Position numbers and translations under genes: made by a program. The notes below the pieces were generated by a model. That model saw nothing but the letters and a program-made list of their open reading frames with translations, was not told where the DNA came from and did not search any database. This document shows positions 39,201 to 51,537 of a stretch of DNA of 64,000 bases, in pieces. The stretch comes from Amphiscolops sp. MND2022. Taxonomy: Eukaryota. The stretch is taken from contig OZ076409.1 in the NCBI GenBank assembly GCA_964187785.1, positions 26,972,001-27,036,000 of the forward strand. Direction: 5' to 3'. The number at the start of each line of letters is the position of its first letter. Within the stretch, counting starts at the first letter, position 1.

Positions 39201-39354
39201 AATTAAAGTTTTTCGGCACTGTTTTCGGCACAGTTTTTTGGCACTCTAAAATTGATATATTGTTCACAAAAGTGTCATTTTGCATAATTAAAAAACTTTA
39301 CTATTTTGAACCTTGAGTGGGGCGCCGACTTCGGTCATTTCCGGCTCGTTAGTT

Positions 39355-40026
39355 AACAAGACGCCCGCTATGCACCGGGATGTTTTCCGCCTTCAATTGG
39401 CTAACTATAGATGCCTAATCAAAAATTTACCTCCTCCTTGGTGAAACGCAATTACTTCGGATATAACGTCAAAATTCGGATATAGCGCAATACATTTTAA
39501 ACTCCGCGTCCGATTTAGTAAAACACAATTTACTTCGGATATAACGTCAAAATTGGGATATAGCGCAATAATTTTTAAACTCCCCGTCCGCTTTAGTAAA
39601 AACAATTTACTTCGGATATATCGTCAAAAGTTCGGATATAGCGTGCGTGCTGGGACGAAAAGTGGCGCGCTTTTTCCAACCTCCGCCTCCTCCTTAGGGA
39701 AACTCAACATTCTTCGAATACAACGTCAAAAATTCAGATATAGCGGAATAACTTCGAACCTCCACTTACTCCTTAGTAAATTGCTATTTATTTCGGATAT
39801 AACGTCAAACGTTCGCATATAGCGTGCTTGGAGAATGAGGAGTAAATAACTACATGTGAGTAAGTAACTTCATGCATGTGAGTAAGTAACTACTAAGGAG
39901 TCTGAGTAAGGAGGCTGAGTAAGTGGAGCAAGTATAAAATGGAGATTCGGCAGAATTTGGAAAAAAAACGCAACACAGATCATGATTTTCCTCCCCCTAC
40001 ACAATGAATTGTGGGGCGGAAAATAA
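39355..40026 (+). mobile_element. HINE-like family 2 copy with an internal ~80-bp tandem repeat
   Basis: Head AACAAGACGCCCGC...TTTTCCGCC, tail GGGGCGGAAAATAA; five units of TTCGGATATAACGTCAAAATTCGGATATAGCG-like sequence at 39450-39830. Confidence 0.7.
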
Positions 40027-41633
40027 TAAAGCACAGTTTAAGACCAAAAACTCGTGTGAAGGGAAAACAATTATCGTGTTATTCTAGGCCCCTGTTTGAT
40101 CATCACCACAACCTGATGCGCCCTCAGGTTCAGTGCTATGTCATATTTTACAGATCTGATGAAACTTGAGGCCCGAAGATCCAACATTGTCACCACATGA
40201 AGCACAAGCCACATAGAACAGCCTACTGAAGAATTGGCCCCCTAACCGAACTTGGGGGTGTCGTTCATAAGGTCCTATAACTGCATTCAGTTTTCGATGA
40301 AATCTTTACGGCTTTCTGCTTTAAAGTAAGAGAAAAGTTCCGAAGAATCATTGGCAATCTTGCCAGTTCATTTGAAACTTCCTTCTGAACTTTGCGGCGA
40401 GTGAAGTTTTTTACTTTCAACTTTTTTTGAAAACCAAGGAAACTCATTTTCAACGATCAAAAAATACTTATGTTGATTGCGATTCAGTAATAAATGAAAT
40501 CATTCAAATGAACAAAATAAAAGATAATTAAACATGCAAAAATTAGAAGATTACATTACTCTTTGTGATATGTGTTTTTTTTCGATGAAGAAATTAATTC
40601 CAACAAGCATTGTCTGGGACCTTGGAAAATCCTTGTTTCACAGTATGGAACATTTGATGAAAAGAATAGACTCAGTTTGATATGGGGTACCTACTTGGTG
40701 ATAATGCCAATACAGAGAGGTACAAAATGGCATATTTAATTTGGTTTGAAGAGAAGGCTCTTGAGAATTGTGTCTGTTATATTCAGCACATCAAAGATGA
40801 CGCGGTGCTCAAATTCTTTGAAAATTTATCTCTCTTCTAAGGTACGTATTTAAATTGCTTCAATTTTCCTCACTCCGACTTCGAATAGTGAAAGCATACC
40901 ATTGAATACCATGATAGCTCTTCAGGAACCGCATTTAATGAGATTCAAAATTGGGCCTCAAAGCAAGAATAAATCAAGGGACTTTACTTCACGTTCTAGA
41001 CAAACATGCATTACCGATTAGACAGGGTGCCGACAAACGTTGGGCTTAAAATGATACACTTACAGAATATTTTTGCATTTGGGTCATCTTATCGCAATCT
41101 AAGACTAATGTTAACCGAAACCAACAAAAGAAATTATCTTTACTTTAATTTATGGAGAAAAATACAAACGTGCATGCAGTTGTTTGAAACGGAGAGAAAC
41201 CCAAGCAGCTTTAATAGAGAATGAGAGTTTGGTATTCTTCTACAATAGGTTTCAATGCCTGTTTTATACATTTTCATATAATCAAAAGAATTATGTAAGT
41301 TGAAAAAGTTGAAAAAGTCTAAAGGAAACTTAAATCTTGAAGTTCTGCTAAACAAAATTTTTTGGTCAATACTTCAAAACAACCCGATCATTTTTAAATT
41401 CCTGAGCTCCGGGCTGAGCAGTGCCGACTCTATACCGCTAGACTAACTTACTTCATACACAACTTACTTCTTTGAAAAAAAAATGCGAAGTATCAAAATC
41501 GATGAAGCCGTGAACGGCCCAAGTCGGCGTCCGGTTAACGCTCGAAAGCGCAAAGCCGTACAAACTACCCGAGGGCCTGTCTTTTGCAAGAATTCATATC
41601 GTCTCACAATGTTAAACAAAGAGGAAGGATGTA

Positions 41634-42172
41634 TTTTTTAGTCGGCGCATTTTAGTAGAAAATCTGCCCGACTCTTACAGTGGGCAGTTTTTCTAAGACG
41701 CGCAAGGTCCACTTTTTTGTTGATTTGTTCAACAAAGTCAAACCTCAACAACTTCGAACCTCAACAACTCGAACCTCAAAAGCGCGTCCAAAACGAAAAG
41801 AAGAAACAAAAAAGACGTCCAGAACCTCGAAATCACACTAAGGATCTCCCCATAGCCCCACTTTTTTTCGACACTATGCGACTTTTTTTGAAACTTTTTG
41901 GATTGCACCAAAGGGTCCCTCCTTCATTTGTTTCGACATTTTGCAACACAATGGATGTCAAAAAATCCCAAAGGGTGCCCTTTTGCTTTTTTCGGCACTG
42001 TGACACTGTTCAAAAATCTCAGTTTTTTAAATTTTCCAAGTTCCCAAAGGGCTCTCCTTCATTTTTTTTTCATATTTTGCAACCAGCTAGAGTTTCACAA
42101 AGCCCGAAGGGTCCCCCTTTTACTATTTTGAGCCTTAGATATAGCGCCGACTTTGGCCGTTCTCGGTTTTTT
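41634..42172 (-). mobile_element. Complete HINE-like family 1 copy (inverted relative to 37034-37584)
   Basis: TTTTTAGTCGGCGC...TAGCGCCGACTTTGGCCGTTCTCGG; body is the reverse complement of the 37034 copy. Confidence 0.8.
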
Positions 42173-42599
42173 GGACTCTTCTGTTACACATGGTTGCAAA
42201 ACATCAAAGCACTTAAAGGAAGGCTCTTTTGAAACGTGGAAAAATGAGATAAAATCTCAATGCTGTACAGACTCAAAAAGGAGACCCACTAGTTTCCTAC
42301 AAAATGGTTAAACTGTCAATTAGCAATAAGAAGACCATTTGGATGCTTTGAAGAAACTGGGCCAAAGTTAGAAGACTGAAATTATCGAAAACATTATCTT
42401 TGATTTTCAAACGTTATCTCCAAAATATATTAAATTGTAAGCGTTATATCAAAAAATGCTATTAGACAATTTTCAGAAATACCCGTGTGATGGTATTTGA
42501 GGTATGAAGATCTAGAGTGTTGAAAGGCAAATTTATTTTTTTTCTATTAAAACGTTGTAGAATGAATCAGGACGAGTTAAATTTTTCATGGTATCGAAA

Positions 42600-42697
42600 G
42601 ATCATGGTATAGTGATCAAAACGAACAATAGGCTTGTATTGGCGCGATATCGAGTTTGAATATCTCGTAATTCAACGATATTTGGCCTTTAACTAGT
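42600..42697 (+). repeat. Degenerate tRNA-derived SINE-like head, related to 45398-45520
   Basis: GATCATGGTATAGTG...GAGTTTGAATATCTC...GGCCTTT aligns with the 45398 copy. Confidence 0.45.
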
Positions 42698-44930
42698 TGG
42701 TCACACCGGCAAAACATCTTCAAGCCCACTATTGCGTGACATCCTTACTAAATATGGTACCGTAGCTTGTTATTCGGCGCTAGTTTCCTAAAAGAGCGCA
42801 GAGTTCGAAAAGCAGAACTATTCCGCGTTCACCCAACGGACTTGAGGAGTCGAACATTTCCTGAATGACTTTCTTCATGTCATCTATCGACTGCTTTATG
42901 CAATTGGTTTAAGACTTCGGATGTTTTCGATGGTGTGAGGGTCCACAGAGTTCAACAACAAGTAGCTTACTACTTGGCATACACTTATGGAGAGAACTAT
43001 TCATGTTAAACAAAATAAGTTGTTACCAATAAGTGTTAAAACATCCAATTTTTGTTGGTTTTTATTCGAAATTTCAAAAAATTAGCATCAAGAAAAATTC
43101 GTCGCTGAAATATTTCGGAGGAGAAAATATACCGCTTATCTCTGGGAGTCTTGTTTCATGCAAAAGAAGGTGATGTTAAGCTGTCGACATCGAAGTCGTG
43201 CCCAATCGTACAGAAAAGCAAACCTGAAGAACACTGAAAACTTCATATTTGCAACACTAGGTCAGGTTTTCATAACATACAGTGCATCTGGAAGCTTTTT
43301 CTGAGCCTTTTGCGGAAATCAGGACACAAAATCTCGGCAACCGAGACGCGTGCACTGAATTCATTCCCCTCTGATGTCGACTGCCTTACCTTAGTTTTTC
43401 AATACTTTTCGATACTATGGTGGAATATACTTTAGTCTAAGTATATTCCACCATAGTATAATAAAGTATTGAAAGAGACTTAGAACCAATTTGAAGATGA
43501 ACGCAAGCAAAGCCCACAATTTTACGGAAAGTGAGGCATTTATTGGGACTTGTTTGTGGTAATTGATTCACATTTACTCTGTGGCGTAATTAGAATTTCG
43601 TTCGGCTTATTAAAATATGAGTGGAAACTGAGACGCTAAAATTTACAGCCTTCTGATTAGTTAGAATGCTTTTCTGGAATCCAAGATACGAATTTGTGGT
43701 CATATTGTCGGCGTATTCGTGGTCCCAGTTTCCGCAAAATGAAATTGGCTAGTGTATTAACACATGCCCTCGGGACCTCGGATTCCGAAAAACGCCAAGT
43801 TTCGTGGCGTGGTTTCCACAAAATCAGTGATGATATGCCAAAAAAGTGTTGATATGCATGAAACATTTTAGCAATTACCGTTAATTAGCATGGTCGTTTT
43901 TGCAAATTTTCGACAACTTCGTAAAATGATTTCAATCGTTAATATCTGCCCAACTACGCTAACCAAAGAATTGAATAATAGCGTTTGAAAGGTCTATTAG
44001 TTAGCTTTGCTTTTTGATCAGTGAGCCCATTTTGCCGTGCGCCCCTTTCTTCACAAGTTCAGTTTCTTTTTCCGGTACCGCTGCTTCGCGGCCATTCAGC
44101 ACTTCCTGTGGCTCTATGCGCGGCGACTTGTAGTAACAACAGCATATCATGTGATTTTGTTGTTAAAGATCTTGTTGTAAAAGTATTTGGGGTTGTTCTT
44201 CTTTATGGGTCAATGACTTTTGAGAAAATTGAATTTATCAAAAGGGGAATTTTGGCAAAGCTCGACATTTTTTGGGTAAGACAAACCGTTGGAGAAAACT
44301 TAAGTATCTCTCATACTTGTGACGTTTGGATCAAGCATGGTGCGAGCACATCGTACATCGTTAACGAAAACTGTGTTCCAGAAGATAGGCTTCTGGCAAA
44401 AGAATCAGGAATTGAAAAAATGTATGCTCTTTTTAAGTACTGCTATGCTAAGGGGAATTCTTCTCCAATGTTTCTTTTTTTTCTATTATATCTCTGCTGT
44501 TATAGACTTTTATAAATTCAATAGTTTTGTATGTTTTGGTTTGATCAGTAATTCAAGATTTTATAGATTTCATTTTTCTGCCATCACAATGAATTTCGGT
44601 TCTATTCGTGGCGAAGATAGTGGATTTTATTCCTTTGTCGTCTGCGCTCTATGAATAAAACGCCAATAATTTAGTGCCTTTTCGTCAGCGTATTTTTAAT
44701 TCGGTCGAAGTGACCAAAAAACTTTAGAAATGTTGTGACAACCTAAGGTCTGAAGAAGGCCAAAAAGATTCAAATGGTCCCCTTTCATTTTTGACACTTT
44801 GATTCCAAGTACAAAACTACATTTTCAAAATGTGTACCCAAGGAATCTAACTACTTTGCGCTGTTTGCGCGGTGTGCCGACTTTTGCCGATCCTGGTTTG
44901 TTGTATAATACCTACGTCTTGCTATTTTAG

Positions 44931-45170
44931 CTGCCCTGACATCCATGGAGAAGGAACACTTGGCGTTCTCTGTGAATGACGTCAAGACCTCTTACTCAGT
45001 CACCCCAGGGTCCTCCTACACACTATCATGCCCCCTGAACTTCTCAGAGTACGAAGCAAGCAGCCCCTCCCCCAGCAGTGTGCTGTGGTTTTTCAATGAC
45101 CACAAGATAGGCTCCAAGTCAGAAGTGTACTCCACCACAGCTTTAAGATTACATATCACCAGAGTGACAG
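44931..45170 (+). CDS. DCC/neogenin/frazzled-like receptor, exon a (N-half of Ig1)
   Basis: ttttag acceptor, GT donor at 45171, phase 1-1; YTLSC...VLWFFND...LHITRV. Confidence 0.85.
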
Positions 45171-45397
45171 GTTCGTTATGTAATCTCATTGCGTAATCAC
45201 CAGTAATCAATTACATCACAGTTGTTGTTACAGATGTCTATTTGGGTGACAGGCAGAAAGAGATTTGAGTAGTGGAATGTGTTTAGATTACCGATGAGAT
45301 AGGGTCTTATTTGTAATCATTACTTCTGCATTTGATTACGAACTTTGACAGGAACAATAGAAATATGTAGTGAACAATAGGAAAATAACTATTGATT

Positions 45398-45520
45398 GGG
45401 ATCATGGTATAGTGGTTAGAGCATTCGCCCTATACTGGAGCGGCATCAAGTTCGAATCTCTCTGAACTCAACATTGTTGGGCCTTCAGCAAGTCCTGTTT
45501 CCTTAGCTCAGTTGCATGAT
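45398..45520 (+). mobile_element. tRNA-derived SINE-like element (intronic)
   Basis: Pol III A box TGGTATAGTGG (45405) and B box GTTCGAATC (45450), followed by GGGCCTTCAGCAAGTCC resembling SINE core sequences; no complete cloverleaf. Confidence 0.6.
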
Positions 45521-45977
45521 CATGACAAAAAAAATGACGCATTTGACGAAGAAAAGCAAGATAAAAAGAGCAACAAAGAGCAATCAGACATTTGTGACCA
45601 TTTCAGCAAGTCTATTTGAAACCACAGCGTCAATTTCACCATTGCTTGACCACTTGACAGCAAATATACAATATCTTGCTATGTGGAGCTGGCACCAGAA
45701 GGGCGCCCACTCTGAAAAGCAGACTGTTTGTTCGGCGTCCACCGCGGTAATAGGGAAAGAGTCTTTATTTTTATATTGAGAAAATTAAGACAAACGAATT
45801 CATGCGTTTTAAAAAAAAATATGGAAAAAAATGAATTTTTTGGATGAAAAGCTAACATAACCAATGGATCCATAAATGTTTTCCACATCTAATACAGAAG
45901 CAAAAGTATTCTACGAGTTAAATAGAAGATTAAACTCAACAAAACCCAATTTTTGCTAATATATTTGTACATTGCAG

Positions 45978-46170
45978 ATGACCAGTACGGGAACTACACG
46001 TGCAGGTTCAGGCCCTTGAGTGGAACATACGTGACCTCGCCCCCTATGGCCTTGACCAAGGGGTCAGCACCCTCTTTGAACAAGAAGCAGAGGATAGTGG
46101 ATGTCAGGCAAGAGAGACTGACCCAGGTCGCGTGTCTGGGCAACTTCGGGTCACCAACCGGACGAGTCAC
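45978..46170 (+). CDS. DCC/neogenin-like receptor, exon b (end of Ig1, start of Ig2)
   Basis: ttgcag acceptor; DDQYGNYTC (DxGxYxC-type motif) and VACLGNFGSPTGRVT; donor GTGCGT; phase 1-2. Confidence 0.88.
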
Positions 46171-46203
46171 GTGCGTACCATATATACTATATTAATGAAT
46201 ATA

Positions 46204-46679
46204 TTTTTAGTCTGCTCCTTTTCCCTTAAGGAAAAAAGCCCGACTATTACAGTGGATAGTTTTTATTCTTTTTCAGCCTACAATCTCACTCTGAATGGTC
46301 CACTTTTCTTACAATTCTTACAATCTTAAAATTTTTACAATTCTTACTTAGCTTACGAACTAGCATTTTTTCATCATCTAAGAAACTCAACGGGACCAAA
46401 GGGTACTCCCTTAGAGTAGTTTCGGCTCTGTGAGACTTTTTTTTCCAAAAAATTTTTTCACCAAAGGGTCCCCCTTCAATTTTTTGATATTTTCCGACAG
46501 AATGGATGTTGAAAATCCCAAAGGGTCCCCCCTTTCAGTTTTTTTCGGCATTGTGAGACTTTTTCCAATTTTTTTTTCATAAAAGGGTCCCCAATTCAAC
46601 AATACTTTGACATTTTGAAGTCCTTTTGCTATTTTTGAGCCTTAGATATGGCGCCGACTTGGCCTGTTCCCAGCTTGTT
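46204..46679 (-). mobile_element. HINE-like family 1 copy (intronic)
   Basis: TTTTTAGTC...GGCGCCGACTTGGCCTGTTCCCAGCTTGTT. Confidence 0.75.
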
Positions 46680-48258
46680 ATTTACTAACAAAAAAATTTT
46701 CATATCATTTTTGAAAATCTTTTTCAAGTTTCCAGTACAGATAAAAAGAAAAACCAAAATCAAAACTATATGGTTGAGAAAACGAGCCAGAATGACCCAA
46801 TCGCTAGTATAAAGCTCAAAACAATTCAAGAGGCGCAATGACAATTGAGTTTTCTTGTATGATAAATCTCCATGCATGCGTAAAGCCATTGACAACATAA
46901 TTGGTCAAATATTTGAGATATTGTGGCTCGCAATTTGTAAATCGATACATGGCCTAAAATTTTAAACAGTTTAAACCGAAGCTTTTAAACCAAAATTCAA
47001 TAATAAAACTGAGCTTCTTTCTTGCAAGAACCTATAGCAAAAACATACATCCTAATATTTTCAGACTTTTTATCCAAGCGCAGCATTCTTATCTTGTCCC
47101 AAACTCGAGATCTTTAGGTTTTAGTTCAGGTCGGTCGATTTTTCTAGAAATTTCGATGAAAAAGAACTTGTTTTTTGAGCTAAAAAATAATAGTCCTATA
47201 GAGAAATCATTCAATTCACAACACGAGTTAGGTTTCTACTACTGACTTCACGTTTGGCTAAAAACAAAGTTGCTGCAACTGTCTTCATTTCAAATTTATT
47301 GACTGACAAAATTTTTTAATGATTTTTCTCTAGATAGCACAAAATAACTTTTTCAACGCAAAGGGTTTCGAAACACGCCAAAATGCACCTTTAAGTATTT
47401 GCCAAAAAATGGGCCCTTTTCAACGTATTTATCCTTGTTTTGACCTTCTGTTTTTTCCAAAACTTTGTCCACTTTGTTCAGATTATTAGCCTGAAATATG
47501 GAAATCATCGCTAAATTGAATTACGTTTTCAGTTGAGTCACAAAGCTGCACGAGATCGAAGTGTCCTACTTCCATGTTTTCAATTCGAAAAAGCTTTCAA
47601 TGCTGTAAGAATTTTTAGACTTTTCTCAAAATCCGCCAGTTTGCGTATTAGAATATTTGAAAGACCTCGTTGATTCTGAGCATTAAGAAGACGCTGACAT
47701 GGGCCGTTACTGCTTGTGCTTTCAATCTTGAATACTCAAGTAAACACTCAATAACCGGTCTAAAACTACTTTAGGAGTCAGTGCAAAAATTTTATCGCTT
47801 CAATGGGAATCCCTAAAATACAGTAGACTGCTGTAAGCTTGATCAAACAGTCTTTTTGTTCCTCATAGACTTCCGCGCAATCTCGCTCAAGAGCGACTTA
47901 CTCGCCTCAAGACTAGCCGTGAGGCACTCTCAATCACTGGTTTGAACGATTGTTAATAGTTTACACAAACGAAGTAATGTTAGTTACAATTTCGACATTG
48001 TATAATTTAAAAAGCACAATCTTGACATGTCCGCGAGCAACGAGGTTATATTTTGATATTAAAGTTCTCCCAATTGAACAGCCCTGGGCTTATTCTTGTG
48101 AAAAGGGCGCTATTGCAGTTTATTTTCCAGCTTGCTTGTGATAAATGTCATATGCAATAATTATAAGATCAAGATTCAATTTTCAATTAAATTTAGTCTG
48201 AAACTTTCTCCAGTAAATATAACCGGTTTTGGTTCACACGTTGTGGTATTTTGTTCAG

Positions 48259-48491
48259 ATGGTTCCGAGATAACGACGAGATCGTAGACAACGAAGTTTT
48301 CACAACGCTGCCCTCGGGACATCTAGAAGTGGCGGGTATTTTGAGTTCCCTGTTGTTCACAGTTTCAACCTCCACGCAGAATGTGAAGTTCCATTGTGAA
48401 GTAACGAATGAGCATGGAAAAGACACTTCCGGTCTATTGGAGCTCAAACTGGCAAAAGAAACAGAGGCAGACCAAGTCATAAGACGCTTCA
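48259..48491 (+). CDS. DCC/neogenin-like receptor, exon c (Ig2)
   Basis: ttcag acceptor; WFRD...TTLPSGHLEV...FHCEVTN; donor GTGAGT; phase 2-1. Confidence 0.88.
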
Positions 48492-48881
48492 GTGAGTGCA
48501 TGCAATTGAAACAACGTAGCCCTGGAGATATCAAACTATTTGAGGAGCCAGAACAAATGGAAGAGCTAAAATTGACTCTTCCATTTCTGCGAAATACTAC
48601 TCATATTTTCGTACAATGCATCAAGATTTTTCTATGGTTTCTGAGGTTATCAGAGTCTATTATCTGAAATAACAAGAGATTTGAGAAAACGAAAAAAATG
48701 AGAAAAAACTTACTTACTTAAAGTATTTTGAGTATATTCTTCTGGTTCTTCTGTCAGCCCAACTAGAAATATGATGTTTTCCTCGTTGTAGCTTTGTTCA
48801 GCAGTAAGAAGAAAATTTCATCAAAAACTAGTGGCGTTCATTATTTCTAGGGTCCACTTCCCCAGGGTCTGTTGTTTCTAG

Positions 48882-49026
48882 GATCCAGCTCGGATGCAAT
48901 TCAAGTGGTGAGACATAATGAGGGGGAAAGTGCAGTACTGGAGTGCGGCCGTGACGTCACACTCAAAAAACTGAGTCTCCCGATTTGGAAAAGAATTTTC
49001 AAAACCTCTTCCTCATTTATCAACAG
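48882..49026 (+). CDS. DCC/neogenin-like receptor, exon d (N-half of Ig3)
   Basis: tttctag acceptor (phase 1; alternative AG ending at 48850); NEGESAVLEC...PIWKR; donor at 49027, phase 2. Confidence 0.8.
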
Positions 49027-49658
49027 GTTAATAGTAATAACAATAGTTTTCAATCAAAAACACGGTTGCTTTCGATGTAAAAATTACCTTTCACCGGGTT
49101 ACGTGAATTTGGAAACCGAAAGACCACAGTGGCGATGTAAAACTTGTTACTGAAGATTACTCCCAGCCTTCAGATAAAAACGATAGAACTTTGATGTTAG
49201 AATGTCTTTTTCATGAGCTATTACAATTCTCAAAAACCTTAGTGGAAAAGCTGTCAAACTGTTGGACGCAAGTTTAATCACAAAAATGTGAATGAGAATT
49301 CTTTTTTTGTGGAATTAAATGGCAAACTTTTAATGGATGCGGTTAAGCAGCAGAAGGAACGCATATAAATCTGATCGTATCTTATTTGAAACGACGATGA
49401 AAATTGAAAACTTCGAGCTAATTCCACAAAATCGCCTGATTTGTGGAATAAAACGAAATTTCCGATAAGAATGGACTTTAAATTTCTCAAATTCCCAAAA
49501 CTACTTTTACAATCTTCACTTTTTCCTGTAGCAGGCAGAAAAATGACTCATATACCTGTGGTTGTTTTTCTCTGCTATTTCTAATTCATGAATTCCTCGG
49601 AGTAATTGAATAAATTAGTGACTTGCTGGAAAGAATGCTAATTGTTTTTCTGTCTTAG

Positions 49659-49804
49659 CTCTTCTTCGGATGGCAAATACTCCATTGTTGGTCAATTCAA
49701 CCTGCAAATAAATAACGTGGAGTCACGTGACTCTGGGCTTTATGAATGTGCAATCGAGTCGGCTGAAAGATACACCGCACAGCATTTCCATCTGCATATT
49801 TCGG
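49659..49804 (+). CDS. DCC/neogenin-like receptor, exon e (C-half of Ig3)
   Basis: Branch-like TGCTAAT and cttag acceptor; KYSIVGQFNLQINNVESRDSGLYEC; phase 2-1. Confidence 0.9.
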
Positions 49805-50215
49805 GTTCGTATACTGGTCCAAGTCGTTTTCCAGATACAAATTCTTGTTTATGATAAGCGAAGACGAAAAGAAATGCACGACTATCAGATACATTTATTC
49901 AAGACTTGGACTGTTACTTTACAAAGGCTATGGTTTTTGCATCTTTTCATGTCAAAAATAAACTTTCAATTTCACAATAACAGGCATGAATACAACTCCA
50001 AATACCAAGAAAACGATTAAGAAAGACAAATTGATGAAAATGATAATGCAAAACAAGTATTGCTTTTAAGCAAGAGAAATTTGAACTAAAATTTCAGACT
50101 TTTTTTACTTCGAAACATGGTTTTTTCTCGATACCTACCCTAGTACGTGAAAATCACGACGTTTATCTCCAAACATTTATTATCCTGAATTAAAGTTTTT
50201 TCATTGGTTTTTCAG

Positions 50216-50376
50216 AAACTCCGAAATTGACGTCCCTAAAAGTGGGTGCTAATGAAGTAAAAACAGTGACAGAACACGAGACAGTCACCTTCAACTGCCC
50301 GGTATCAGGGACCCCTTCGCCTCAAATAGTCTGGTCGCTAAACTCGGAGCCTTTAGTCAGCGGCGAATTTATCAAG
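50216..50376 (+). CDS. DCC/neogenin-like receptor, exon f (N-half of Ig4)
   Basis: tttcag acceptor; VTFNCPVSGTPSPQIVW; phase 1-0. Confidence 0.9.
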
Positions 50377-51407
50377 GTTACACAAACTCATCTTCTTTTC
50401 ACAAAATAGTCAACCGCGTGCTACTTGATTGTTTTCTGGGATATTTTTTCCTTTCCCCACACGCGTGAAATTATGCTGAAATATTGAAAAATTATTATAA
50501 TTTAGTGGCTGACTATACGAGATCATGTGACGTCAACAAAATAATGTGAGTTAGTTGTTGTTGTTGTTGGGGATTTTCGGCAGCGTCGAAGGGATTCTCT
50601 CCCACTACTGAAATCAGAACTTCTTCCTCGCATTTCTACAGTTACCACAATCACAGAAGATTATCCAGCTGCAGGCATCATTTTTACAAAAGCCAGAGTT
50701 CACGAATTTCTCAGTAATTGTCAGAATTCTTTCCTTGAGACCCGTTGTCACCGAGAAATCCAAGTTTCAGGAATTGTCAAACAGAACCTTTAGTGCAAAA
50801 AATAGCGCAAAAAGCGAGTATTTATAATGTGTAGGTGGAAAAGCCGTTTTCTGAATGCTACATGCCATAATCATGCCACTTGAAAGAACGAGTGTCCCAA
50901 TAGCAACATCTCCATTCCTGGATTACGACGCGTTTTTCTGTATGCATTCAACGACGTCAAGAGCAAACATGTAGTGATTCAGGCTTCAGGAGATTTATTT
51001 GAAAATTATTCTCAAATATGTTTGCATTTGTTTCGAGGCACCCTCAGGGTTTGACTACCAACCAAAATTTTTCAGTTCTTCTTTATACAGATTTTTTACT
51101 CGATGATTGCATCAATTGGGGTTGAATTCATGCGTTTTTGATCTTGGAGGTCACGCGGTCATACAGTTTATAAATTAACACCTAAAGGTACTTGATGTTC
51201 GACCTATTGAACTTTGTAATTGAATTTTCCACACAAAAAATTGGAAATTCTGAGCATTTTGCGTTCAATTTGACCTTGTTTAGCTTCAAAATTTATGAGT
51301 TTTTGGATAATCGCCTCCGATTTTGAGTGTTTCAATGACCAAGTAGTTTAGAAATGAACATCTCAGTTTAATACATGTTTCTTGCATGGGTCAAATGTTG
51401 CTTGCAG

Positions 51408-51537
51408 ACTTCGGAGAATGGAACATTGCTCACCCTATTTGGAGTTGAGACCAAAGACAGAGGAGTCGTTCAATGTATGGCAGTGGGGCCAAAAGTGTGG
51501 ATATCCTCCTTTGGTTTCTTGGACATCATTCCTTACG
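51408..51537 (+). CDS. DCC/neogenin-like receptor, exon g (C-half of Ig4)
   Basis: ttgcag acceptor; LTLFGVETKDRGVVQCMA; donor GTGAGA; phase 0-1. Confidence 0.9.

Noticed and set aside
39450..39830. CRISPR-like array
   Set aside because: The spacers resemble each other, the repeats are degenerate, there are no cas genes and the context is eukaryotic; it is a minisatellite.
41717..42232. 171-aa ORF, and similar F/K-rich ORFs at 36946-37520 and 57622-58670
   Set aside because: They lie wholly within HINE-like repeats and are incidental frames.
44021..44654. 164-aa and 111-aa ORFs upstream of receptor exon a
   Set aside because: GTG starts, no recognisable motifs and no convincing splice structure.
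45398..45470. Functional tRNA gene
   Set aside because: A and B boxes are present, but there are no proper acceptor or anticodon stems; treated as SINE-like.
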